This document shows positions 1 to 12,409 of a stretch of DNA of 64,000 bases, piece by piece (position 1 is the stretch's first letter; each line of letters starts with the position of its first letter). The stretch is taken from assembly GCA_038496445.1 (NCBI GenBank), contig JALMLS010000438.1:165580-229579 (forward strand). Direction: 5' to 3'. The notes under the pieces were generated by a model, which had not been told where the DNA came from, ran no database searches, and was given only the letters and a program-made list of their open reading frames with translations. The position numbers and the translations under genes are program-made. The stretch is from Trichosphaerium sp. ATCC 40318. Taxonomy: Eukaryota; Protista; Tubulinea.

Positions 1-267
1 TGAACTTTGGAAGTGGTTTAACCTGGCTTGAAGCGTTTAATTTCCATGATTTATCGTGTACAGGTCCATAGAATTGAACTCTACGCGTTTTAGACCTATT
101 TGGTTCCCAGTTTTGTAAATCAATGTTATTTACTAAATTTTGTGCTTCTTGAGCGTTTAGAAAGTCATTGATGATGTATAAACCTTCAGCGGCCGTTAAG
201 TGGACGTAAAATTTACGCGAAAGGTACCTTTGATTGTTTGGGACTCTTCGTAGGCGATTTCAGCCAT
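1..267 (-). CDS. AlkB-family 2OG-Fe(II) dioxygenase, 5' part (runs off window)
   Basis: ATG at 267, then one intron (GTACC...GAAG), then GLYIINDFLNAQEAQNLVNNID..W....RRVQFYG, the typical N-terminus of ALKBH-type domains. Catalytic HxD lies outside the window. Confidence 0.75.
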
Positions 268-449
268 GATCGACTAGTTTTATTTATGTTGAAGCTTAAA
301 GGACGCATTCAGAGAAAACTTGAAGTGTAATTTTTGATCAAGAGAACTTTATCACTCATCACAAGTGGTATTCGCATCTTACTAAGACAGACATAGTATA
401 CAGAGGTTGTACTCAACATATAACTGCGCTGTAGTTTTTTATAGACAAA

Positions 450-3400
450 ATGGCGCACAGCCGTACGGAAAGCGTACAAAACAACCTTCTTAAGTGTAAA
501 TAGGCAAACGACAACGTTCAGACGCTACGCCCTACGAACCAGATGCAAAACGACGTAAAGTCGTAAAAGGAGAAGTTTATCTGCGTTTCGAAGTAGTTGA
601 TACGCCTCTAAACGACTCAGATGAAGTACGCTATTTAAACTCAATTCACAAGCGTTAAACTTCCGTTAGATATCAGCTACAGAGCTACACGACTTTTTAG
701 AATCAAAATATGACGAAAAGGTTTACTATCCACTGAACATTATTCCGACTCAGTAAGTTCTACCGCCATTTTGTTTGTGGGTTATCTACGAGATTCCCAC
801 AGCAAACATTATCACAGTTATAACTTTTTTGAAGAAGCGGGTCGCCCATTGCGTTTGCTATGATGACGAATCCACATCGTATGCGTGCTGAACGTCCTAC
901 AAGGTTCAAACATTACAGGGTATGTATAAGTATGTCTGTTGATGACACGTGTACATAGAAACCTTGAAGTGACGAAATTTTTTTTGGCGCTTTTTTCTTG
1001 TTGGCAACTTCTAAGCTCTATGTTAGGTATCATTTGGGAAACCAAGGAACTCGCGTAAAAGAGATGAAGAGGTTGCAAAAACTCACCTTATACTGCTTAC
1101 AGAGTGTTGCCAAGTTGGCACTTTCGTAGACGGTCAAACATTTTCAAAAGCTGGTTGCTTATGGACCCCTGATAATGATACACCATCAGGTATCTTACTA
1201 ATCATAAAAGTAAAAAAATCATGTGAAGATCACGTGAAACAAACCATGCTAAAATGAAGGATACCTAACTTGGATTTTCTTAGATTCGTACCTCTCACGT
1301 CACAGTCGTATGTCTCTTTCTAGATTGTTCACATATGACTTCAATCATGTAACATTCCAACCTTTGATGCTTGAAGAAGAAGAACATATGTTCCCAATAG
1401 AAACAGCTATGCGTATTACAGTACCTTTTGCAGATATGACAAACTGGATTGTTTCAAAAGCGCCAACGACTAACTTGGCGTATGATATTTTCTTTACAGC
1501 AACTTGCCCTCCACAGATTTACAGAAAACGTAAGCCTCTTACAATGCAACACGTATCAACCCACGTGTATTCTTTTCTTCTAAAATGAACAGGGAAAACT
1601 AACGTGTCACGTGTTTTATAGGTGATATGGGTGGAAGAGTACGTTCAGAGCATGATGCATTTGTTAGAGTTGGAGCTGCTTTTTTAAAAGAACAAGAAAT
1701 ATGTGGTTTTACTGATGAGAAGACATTGTATCTTAGAGTCAGGCCAAGACTTATCAATGCAAGAGGTAATATTGAGCCTTCTGATGATGATTCTATAAAG
1801 GAAGCTTTTCTACAGAAGCTTGAGAGTATTTTAAAGACAGACGATATTCCTAACTTTCCTGTTACTCATGTTGATAAGCAAAGTTCTCACTCAGAACATC
1901 TTGCTAATCTACCATTCCCTCTTCAGTTTGCTATATATCAATTGTCTACATGGGGTAATGTAAATCTAAGAACAGTTGATGATGACTTTTATAACCTCAT
2001 ATAGTACGCACAACATAAATGTTATGAAGCTAGCTATCTACTGCTTTTTTTTTGGAACAAAAAATTATCGACAGAATTCTGCTTTTTGGTTACTCCGTAT
2101 TTCTCCACAAACATAATACACAGCACGTTTGATTGTTTTTTTTCAACGTAGTACAAATGTGTTTTATTTTTAGTTTCATTGTTGTTCGGTGTACTGATTT
2201 GTTTGTTTAGTAATGCAGGTCAAGAATCTGTTATTTCATGTTTAAATAAAATGTGGAAACCTGATGGTGTCAGGATAAATTATCCTGTATCTATGCTGAA
2301 ACAATTCCTTCTTAAACATGAACACGTCGATTATATAGTACCAAATCATTGTGTTATGACTCACAGGTACATGTTTCTGTTCGATAAAGAACATTGCAAA
2401 AGTTGACTACTGACTTAACATCAGGGCGATTATCACTCCCTTGAAGACTTATATTGTCGGACCTGTTCCTGAGATATCTAATAGAGTTGTGAGGCATTTT
2501 GAAAAGTATCAGGACCGCTTTTTAAGAGTATCATTAGCTGATGGTACAGAAGCTTTGTTCAACTTTTTTACGGTTTATATCCGCTTTCTCGTTTGTTTAT
2601 TAATGGTTCTAGATAATATGAATAAGTTAAATACATACGAACTAGATAAAAGTGATTTAGAAGACCGATTCAGAGATGTCCTGAAAAACGGTAAGACACC
2701 AACAATGTTGACTTAAACACATGCTTTTTTTCTGAAACGTTTTGTACTTTTTTCGTCTTGATTGATTGTCTACTGAGTTGTACTTATATTCAACATAGGC
2801 ATACATATATGTGGTAGACATTATGTATTTCTTTGCTTTTCTCAATCGCAGCTTAAAGGTAAGCAATGACGAAATAGTACATGGTGTTATTTTCTTGTAC
2901 AAACAAGTTTAAACACTTTCTTTCAGAGCATTCTTTCTGGATGTTTTCAGAAACAGATGATCTTAGTGTCACGCTCATTCGTGGTTGGATGGGTGATTTT
3001 ACTGCTAATAAAACTATTGGCAAATACGCGGCAAGGTGAGCACGTGAAACTTAAAAACTTTGATATTTTTCATTTGTGTCATTGCTCACAAGCTTTTTAA
3101 AGAATGGGTCAATGCTTTACAAGTACTAAAGCAACAATACAACTTGATGAAACAGAAATTTGTTGTATACCAGATCTTAAAGGACCTCCTCCTGATAACG
3201 AGTTTGTATTTAGTGATGGAGTTGGTACGAAAACTAGATGAGAACTCCATGTAGCTTTGTATTTATATTACCTTACCCTTACTTGATTATAGGTAAAATA
3301 AGCGAAGATATGGCATCTAGAGTAGCTAATGAGCTAGGCATTGATATCATACCATCTGCGTTTCAGGTACGAGCTCAAGAATGCACTTTCAAATAGAACA

Positions 3401-6307
3401 AAGAAAGATTTCATCATTCCTTACTGTTTGATATTAGATTCGTCTTGGTGGATTAAAAGGTGTTTTAGCAGTTGATCCAACTCTAAAGACTCATAGTGTT
3501 TGCTATAGACCATCTATGAGTAAGTTTGCGAGCCCTCATCTAGTCTTTGAAGTATGCACTTATAGCCGTCCAATGGCTGCGTATTTAAATAGACAAATCA
3601 TTATTCTCTTGGCATGTAGGGGCATAAGACCAGAGGTACATGATTTGACTTTCATTAAATATGTAAAAACCACGTGATTTTTTTTTCCGACATGTTTGGT
3701 TGACGAGTTTTTTTAAGGTGTTCTTGAAACTCCAAGAATCTATTGTACAGGACGCTGATAGCGCAACATTAGACAAAGAATCAGCAATAAGAATTATGCA
3801 ACGTGTAGGAGCTAATTATATGCTTTGTCGTCGTGCTCTTGAAGCAGGGTTTGATGTAACAGAACCACTATTAAACAGCATGTTGCGGCTTCTAAAATGT
3901 CGTGTTTTAAAGAACATAAAAGAACGTGCAAGGCACGTGATAAATCATAAATGTTCTCACTCTAAGCGAATTCCTAGAATTCCTGTAGGTGATACTGCAA
4001 GACTTCTCATTGGTGTTGTTGATGAGACAGGGACTCTTGAGTATGGTCAAGTGTATATACGAGTCACAACCGATGTACATGACCCAGAAGGCGATTTGTT
4101 CTCTGTGATTGGACCAGTTATTGTAGCTAAGAACCCTTGCTTGCACGCAGGTAAACATTACTAATCTTTCTATTTCATATTGATGATTTGAGTACAGGTG
4201 ATGTACGCCGGTTGATTGCAGTTGGAGATGTGCCGGAGTTATCTCATTTGACGAATGTAGTTGTATTCCCAGCAAAAGGTACAGTGGACTTAATAGTTCA
4301 ACTTCTTTTCCTGCCTGATTTGAACTGATCATCTCGCTTGATGACTAACATTTTGTATCACAGGCCCAAGACCTCATCCAGATGAGTGTAGTGGATCTGA
4401 TTTAGATGGAGACCAATATTTTATTACATGGGATAATGCGCTTATACCAGAGTTAGTTTTTTGTTATTTGAGTTCTACAATGCTGTTTTTCTAATATTTT
4501 GTTTTAGTTCTCCTAATCATGAACCAATGGACTATACTCCTCCTCCTACAGCTTACGTAGATAACGTAACTATGGAGTCAATTGTAGAATACTTCATCTC
4601 TTCTATGACAAATGATGCGCTTGGGATAATCGCTAACGCACATGTGCGTTTTTTTTTCTTTTCATTTGAGTAAACTTTTCTTCTGAAACAAACTGTTATT
4701 TTCTTCGTGCCTTATTGAAACATCAACGGTTTTTTATCGTATTACATACCCAGCATATCTGAGTATAAAATTTCTATGTAATACATGATTTTGAGACACT
4801 TTGTATCGCTGTAGCTGCTTTTTAAGGGATTTTTTTTTTGCTTATGTTGTCTTAGCTTGCCACAGCAGATGAGAAAGGTGCTGACTCTCCAGAATGTCTA
4901 ATGCTCGCACAACTTCATTCAGAAGCTGTGGATTATCCAAAAACAGGAGTGAAAGCAGAAATGCCCCAGGAGTTAAAACCACAAAGAAAACCGTATGTTT
5001 TGGCAAACTTCTTTGTTTTAATATCAAACTTAACCTGAAGTTAAGGCATTACATGCGTTGTGGAAGAAATCAGACACCCTATGATTCAAAGAGCGTATTA
5101 GGGAAACTATATGATGCTATACATATACCTATGCATTCCACATTTCCTGTAGGATATAGCAATGTACAAAAGGACCCAGACTTCAATTTTGGTGCGTTGA
5201 GTTTTTGTCTTCGGCCAGGATTACACACTGTAAAATCAGTTTGTTCACCAAAAAATTTATAAACATGTTTATTGAGAAAATACGCTACGAAAAAACAGAT
5301 GGACCTTGTTAAGGCTTAAAACCTAACTCGGAATTTTACCAAACACAAATTTGTAAAAAAAACCAACTGAAATTTGAAAGTTTTTTCTGATGTGGTTAAC
5401 TCTTGTTTTTGTGGTCAAAGGTTTATCACTTGTTCCAACATTTTTGTTGTTAATTTTGGGTTCCGTTAATTAACTTTGTAGATAAAACAAATGTTAGCAT
5501 TGAGGAGTTTGGACAGGTGATGGAAATGTGTTCTAAGTATAACAAGGGAATGAAGCGAATATTGTATCATTATGGTATTGAGAGGGAAGTTGAAGTTATG
5601 CTTGGAGATATTATTAAAGCACATAAACTATTTGATGTAAAGAAGCATAATTACTACAACGTCAGACAGAACTCTGGAAGGGTACAAAAAAAAATACAAA
5701 AAAAATTCCGAGTGAAAAAAAAGGCCACTTCAGGCAAACTTGTTTTTAGTACTCCAGCATAGCTTGCTTGATATCAAATTAGATTTATTTAGCTCCTTCC
5801 TATTGTTGAAACAATGGGTTACAAATTCTTTGAATTTGCAAGTCACGTGAATCCATACAAAGACAAGAACATTTTACCAAAAAAAAACTTAAGGGCTTTT
5901 ATTTACTTCGTACTTAGGCCTACTTCACCCTCAAAGATGTTGCTGTTAAACAGTTTTGGAATCCTATAATACCTCATTTAAGCTCATATTCACCTGAAAA
6001 TGAAGATATCTTAGCGCACATGGTAAGCAAACACCAAATGAAAAAAACCATTGCGAAAACAAATCAGTTTTTTGTTAATGTTGTTTGCATTTAGATATCA
6101 ACAAGAGCAAAGATGTGTTATCATGTGGCTTATGCCGAAAGTGATCAAACAAGAAGAAAAGAGAAAAAACGTCTGTTAAGTTTTCCTTGGGTTGCTTGTG
6201 AAGGTGTTTTACTTCTTATCAAAAAAAAAGCAAAACCGTCAGAGTATATTAATTTAGGACTTGCTTTCATAGAACACATGCATCAACCTGCTCTCTGGAA
6301 CAGGTAG
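450..6307 (+). CDS. Eukaryotic RNAi RNA-dependent RNA polymerase (RDR/QDE-1 family), multi-exon
   Basis: Exons encode FSDGVG..S, PSAFQ/IRLGGLKGVL, GVVDETGTLEYGQVY, VAKNPCLHAGDVR, VVFP..GPRPHPDECSGSDLDGDQYFITWD (~4365-4435), LGIIANAH, LHSEAVDYPKTG, SKSVLGKLY and LSFPW. Stop at 6307. The 5' exons are less certain. Confidence 0.95.
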
Positions 6308-6796
6308 AACCAATGCTTGTGGACATGTTTTGGCGTTATGACTATGCTGTATACAGTAGCGTTCCTCTACGGAGTCAAATTGTACAAAAAAATACATGAA
6401 TAAAGTAAACTGTAATACAAAGCTATGTTGCTAAATCTTAAGGAACTGCCTCGTTTCAAGACTTTATTTTTGAGTGATGCTTTAATCTCCAGTTTTTGTG
6501 AGTACCTTAGAAGGTGATTTCAGACCTAGACATTGTAAACAATAAATAGAAACACAGTAAACTCAAGTTCTTTGAACACAAAAGAACTTGTGTATTTCAT
6601 CAGAAACATGGCTACAGTAACCGAGCAGAACCGCTTATATATGGTAAAACTTCAATATCGAACGAATTGCTTATTTAGCGAACCAGCCTTCAAAAAACGG
6701 TTCGTTTAGTTTCAGCTAAAGCACTTAAGTCGTTCTGATTGCGCTCGCTTAAAATTTCGGCGCTATTTCCTCAAGACATCATAAACAATCCGTTTT

Positions 6797-9700
6797 ATGG
6801 CTGCCATTGAAAAGCCTACATTGAGGACGACAGAAAGGTATGCTTTTTGGGCATTTCAACGTTAATTTAATTATCCACTTTAGCGACGACTTTCTAAAGA
6901 GCTCCCGAGTAATACAGCACGCAAGCTTGCACAAAATAACGCCTTTTGTTGGCAATTCACTCTACGGATCTACCAAAGAGCGACACGACGAGAAATCGTT
7001 CCCAAAATATTGGAATAAGTATATTGGGGCTAATGGAAGGTTATTAAAAAAAGTACAACAAAAAAACTGTCAATAATGCTTTCTGACGTCTCTATTTAAG
7101 GTTATAGTAGCGGGTAACGAAATACAAGTGAAGGCAAGCGAAACGGTTTTTTAAACGTCACCAACAAGCTAAATTATAACTAAGGGCGTAGAATGGCCCT
7201 TAGGAGGCGTAGTGCTACGTGGGCAGCACTTCATACCCAACCCAAAGTACGCAACTGAAAACCTGGTTGTAGTATTTAGTGGTTCTCATGGGAGTTGCGA
7301 ATATCATTGCTCTACTTTCGCTTTGTGGTTTGCAAAACGAGGATGTCATGTATGGGTTTCAGTGAACTTGGGAAAAAGACGTTTTGGAAAAAAATTTTAA
7401 CTTATCTTTTCTGTAGTGTTTGTGTATGGATTATCGAAGTTTTGGTGCTAGTACGGCGTCAACATATGTTCCTAGTACAAAACATAAATATGGAGTAAAT
7501 GGTACTGATGATGAGTGGAGTTCGAAAGAAACGAAATTTCTTTCTATTTTTTTTATACTTTTCCTATTACTGAAAGAAAAAAATGTCTGACTGAGTTTCT
7601 TTCTTCAGGTCTTGCAAAGTTGCATGGCTCTCATTTATTCCAAGACGCTGTTGAATTTTATAATTGTGCCAAAGATGGTATCAAAGATCACAATGGACTT
7701 GTACGTTCAAGAAACCAACCGAAACGGATTAAAGTCTGACTTTTTTTCCTCTTAGAATTTTGAAACAAGGAATATAATTTTATATGGATTCTCCATGGGT
7801 GGTCCAATGGCTGCTTATGTTAGTCTTAAAGTTGCACTAGCTGGTGGTAGAATACGTGGATTAATACTTGATAGGTATGTGATTAAAATCATTTATTCTA
7901 TATGCTCTTTCTCATCTTTTTTGTTGTTCCACAGAGCGATGGTTAATGTTAAACAAGGAGCTAAAAATAATGGTACAAACGTTCACGGCATGTATTCTTG
8001 TACTGACAAGAGATGTAGGCTTTCAATCATGGGCGGGTAGCATAGCTGCATTCACACATGACAACCTAGAAATTTCCAAGACATTGAAACAATTAAGTGA
8101 TGTTTATGCTGACATACCTTTAATTATTACTGCTGGTGGTGAAGGATTCGATGAACATGCTGAAAGTGATCAAAAGCTAGGTATGTGTGATGTATAAGAC
8201 GCTCAACATATTGATCTAACCTCAAGGCCTTACTCAATGCCATGTTGTATCCTAATTTAATTCCAATTGAAAAATCTTTTCTCTGGCTTTTGCCACAAAA
8301 TTATCACGTGTTTTTGTCCTTTGCGATGATTTATTTATTTACTATTTTTCAAAGGTGCTGAAGCTCAGAATGTTGGATTAAATAACGTTAAAAAGGCATC
8401 TGTTGCTAATGCCGAACATGAAGATCACTACAAGATTTTATTAGAAATAGAAAATTTTTTAGATGTGTTACTTGTCAATTCTTTAGTTCGATTTTCTTCA
8501 GATATTCAAGACTCAGACGATGAAGACACATCAGAAGAAAGATCTATAAGGTAAAACTTACAAAGAGTAGCCGGTGGGAGCCTTCTACAAACAGCTAACA
8601 TGTAGCAATTTATTCTTATTTTTTTCTGCTTTAAACCTTTTTTGCTGTTTCTCTTTTCTTCTTTCTCTTTGTTCCGATTATCAGTGTTCCTTTATTTTGA
8701 AGCAGTGTATTCGTTGTCATTAATTTGTTTATTTAGGGAAAAAGAACAAGAGAAAAATGAAATAGTGAAACAAAACGCAGCAAATATTTTTAAAGAATTG
8801 AATGACGCTCTAAGAGCTAAGCGAAAAGCTGGACCAGAAAAAGCAGAGCCTTCTAGTGGTCCTAATGAAGAAAAACGACAAAAAGAATTATACAGATCAA
8901 GTTTCTCTTGTAGAGGAGGGTGGGATGCTTTGGAGGCAACATTAACTAGGTAAGCGAGTATAAAAAATAACAATTTGATTTTTTTTGGAAGATACAGTTT
9001 TTTCGGTTTTATTACTTGCACGTGATTGCTTCACTTAATTATTATGTTCTCAACCACATTTTAATAATATTTTGAGTACCTGATGCTATACTCTGTTATT
9101 TGACAGTATCAGGAAACTGCAACAAAACAACAAGAAAATTTTTGGAAAAATTACAAGTCAAAACAAATTTTTTGTTATACTCGTTTTTTGTTTCTTTACT
9201 TATCATTATTGCTAGTAATCCACCTCCAAAATCACCTAGAATCATCCACACACCACGGGAAACATCTCGTAGAGAAACTATAGCTAACTCAACAGCGATA
9301 CCAATAATCACAACCAGTTCTCCAAAGACACAAGAAGTTGAATTTAAAGCTTTGAATTCAAGTAATTCAATACCAGCACTATTAAAGATTTCGGCATCTT
9401 TAAAAAATGGGACTATACTATTATGGATAGATAACCTATTTAATAAAGAAAAAAAAGCAACATTGGATCTGATGAAGAGTATTCCAAACATAACGGTACA
9501 TTACTTTTTTTTTTTGGTAACTTTTTTATCTCCTTGGACCTTTTTCACTTTTTCTGAACCTCAACCTAAAGAAAACTTGCCATAATTATCTAATTCGTAA
9601 CTACAAACATATTTACAGTACCGTTTGGCCTTTCAAAAGATAACAAAAACGATTGTGGTCCTTTGTTGTACAAGGTTTTTTTTACTGACAAAGTATGTTT

Positions 9701-10227
9701 TTAGGTTGTTCCTTTAAACTCTTCTACAGCTATGTTTGATTGGCTTACGAAAAATGTTACATCAAGTTCTGACGCTAAAAGAGTTAAAGTTGTTACTAAT
9801 AATTACCGTGTTAATGATTTTGGAGATCGTGCTGGTGAAATGACTATAAAGTACGACTTTCAAACTTAATCCCAAAAAAAAAAATTGCTCAAACAAACAA
9901 CAAAAAATCAGTTTTCTTTCAAACTCACTATTAATCAATACCTCACCTACCTAATATATCTCTTTATATAATATATACCATATGATTTTTTTATCTTTAC
10001 TTACATAGAGCACCAAGAAACATTTGTATTCAATTGTTTTTTGTTGTTTTGTATTTTTTTTTGACAGTTTTTTTAGGACGTTAAGGAAGAACAATAAGTT
10101 ATGGAAAACAATACCGGCAATGATTTATTGTGGTAATATTAAAGCTGCAAAACGTATAGCAAAAAATTTTAGTAATGTAAGTGCATCAAATGATCCTGTG
10201 GCAGTAATGACGTTTGCTTCAAAATAA
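6797..10227 (+). CDS. Alpha/beta hydrolase (MARTX ABH-like) with low-complexity linker and C-terminal atypical receiver-like domain, multi-exon
   Basis: VVVFSGSHGS, DYRSFGAS, IILYGFSMGGPMAA (nucleophile elbow at ~7786), GLILDRAM, AEHEDH. C-terminal LLWIDN...VVTNNYR...AG...LR...PAMIY. Start may extend to the ATG at ~6608. Confidence 0.8.
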
Positions 10228-10442
10228 ATTGTACATAAAAAAAAAGAAATACAAAAAGAGTAACATACTACTTGTTAATTAAGGAGAGTAGTGTTCTTGT
10301 TACTTGATATGTCAAGTTGTGTCATATCCTTCATATTAAGGGTCTCTAGCTGATCGGTTTTGTGCAACGAACGTGGGGGTTTTTTCGGAAACATAGTCTT
10401 TCAGGGTCCTTGGTATTATCAATAAATAAGCGGTTGCCTCAA

Positions 10443-11366
10443 ATGGGTGGCAACAACAGCAAGCAGAGAAAAATAAAACTTTCAACCAACGGTACACGTC
10501 ATAGTACGACATGGTATTTGAGTTTACTAACATAAATTTGTTAGACGGTAGTAGTAATGAGGATGAGGGAGAATAGTATTAAACTAACCTAAGATATAGT
10601 CTGTTGAGTTAATTATGTTTTCATAGTGATTATGTATTTAAAATCGCTGTTGTTGGTGATTTTTCTGTTGGAAAGAGTAGTTTGGTTCTTAGACTCGCTG
10701 ATGACACATTCACAGAGCCATTGGACACAAAATGTGTTGAATTTGTATGTCCCACCCAAACTAGCATTCCATGTCACGTGTTTATGACTTACTTGTAGAA
10801 AGTAAAAACAACAACAGTCTATGACAAGAAAGTCAAACTAAACGTTTGGGACTCTCCTAGAGGTATGATGCTTCTGTGCTTGTAACTTTTATTTATCAAG
10901 TGTTATCTCTTAAGATACTCGAAGATTTCGTAGAATAGATATCTCTCCACCGTACCTTCAGGCTGATGGTGTTGTGGTTGTATATGACTGTACTCAACAA
11001 GATACTTTTGACAGTGTACGCAAATGGCTGAAAACAATAGAGAGATATGCAAAGGAAAGTGTTCAAATAGTCCTTGCTGGAAGCAAATGTGACCTTCTTG
11101 ATGAGTGTGTCGTTGATCCTGAGGTTGCTATGGTACAGTATAATTAATTTCAAAATCACCAACCTTTTGATAAAGGCAGTTGCAGAAGCATACAATGTAC
11201 AATACTTTGAGATATCGGCTAAAGAATCAATTAATGGTATGTTTTTCACTATCTTCTTCCTTTACCTGATTTCTATCAAGTTGAAGAAGTATTCATTCAG
11301 CTATCAGCTATGATTGTTAAGGATCTCAGCAAACACCATTTAGACATGCATCACAACGAATGTTGA
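10443..11366 (+). CDS. Divergent Rab1/Ypt1-like small GTPase with N-myristoylation motif
   Basis: Spliced: MGGNNSKQ...[30 protein letters not shown]...[11 protein letters not shown]...ADGVVVVYD...LAGSKCD...YFEISAK...HNEC*. Confidence 0.85.
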
Positions 11367-12409
11367 ACTATTGTTAAATCACGTGCTTATCACAATACAT
11401 TGTGCAATAAATATTGGTTTATGTCAACTACGTACTATTATTCCACTATCATCAACTCATTTAAGTAATATTTATCAACGTTTTTGAAATAAAAGGAGAA
11501 TACAAGGAGTGGCATACAAATAGCCCAATTGAGTTGCCTGTATAATTGGATACTTGAAAGATTATAACCAGGAGTTGCTCTCAAATACTTGGACTCCAAG
11601 AAAAAAACACATGCTACTATACTTCTCTATCACATGCTCCAGGTACGGTTACTTAAACGCCGAAGTATCAAGCACTAACTAGTTGTTACGAGAAGACAGC
11701 GCACCTGATATTAATTCTAAATGGTGTATTGACCTCATGTTGTGGACACTCATTCTGTGCCAACGTACACTATAACTAACTCTATGGGTTGTTACATCTT
11801 TAATAGTCTTGGTTCACTAGTGCCTATCATAGCAAGAGCACAGGAAGAATGATACCTTGGAACAACCCAGGAAAGATAGAGCCTGGGAATTAGCTTCAGG
11901 GTTGAATAAGCTTACACATCCTAATGGGAACGATATCGTTTATATACTAGCAGAGTAATTGCCACTTATACTCCTTTAAGGATGTTCTGTCCGCGTAAGT
12001 TAGTGATTATACAGCTAGCAGGTGAATCTTAAAAAAACACTTACAGCTGCACTTTTCTTCGTGTGATGAATGACATGTGGACACTCAAACTTTAAATATT
12101 ACATCCTGTGCTTATTATGAAGTGAATATTAACAGCCTAGGAGCATCAATATCAGAATCAACTGATATTTTTAATCTTAGAGCAACGTTCAAATTATTGC
12201 GACTGCAAGTTGACTAGATAAACTGGTTGATTTTCTGATCTAGGATAGGTGAAGTTAACTTTATCAGCAATATTGTAACCAGTTGATACTTAGCATAAAC
12301 ATACAAAATTTAGAAGACTATTTATTAGAATTTGAGAAGTGTTGATGACTTACAGTAAAGTTTTTCTAGCTTCTGTATGTTCTTGCTTCATCAAGACATT
12401 CTTTACTCA

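Noticed and set aside
450-6307. RdRP as an endogenous RNA-virus gene
   Set aside because: It has the cellular DLDGD double-psi-barrel motif and many spliceosomal introns, not a viral GDD palm.
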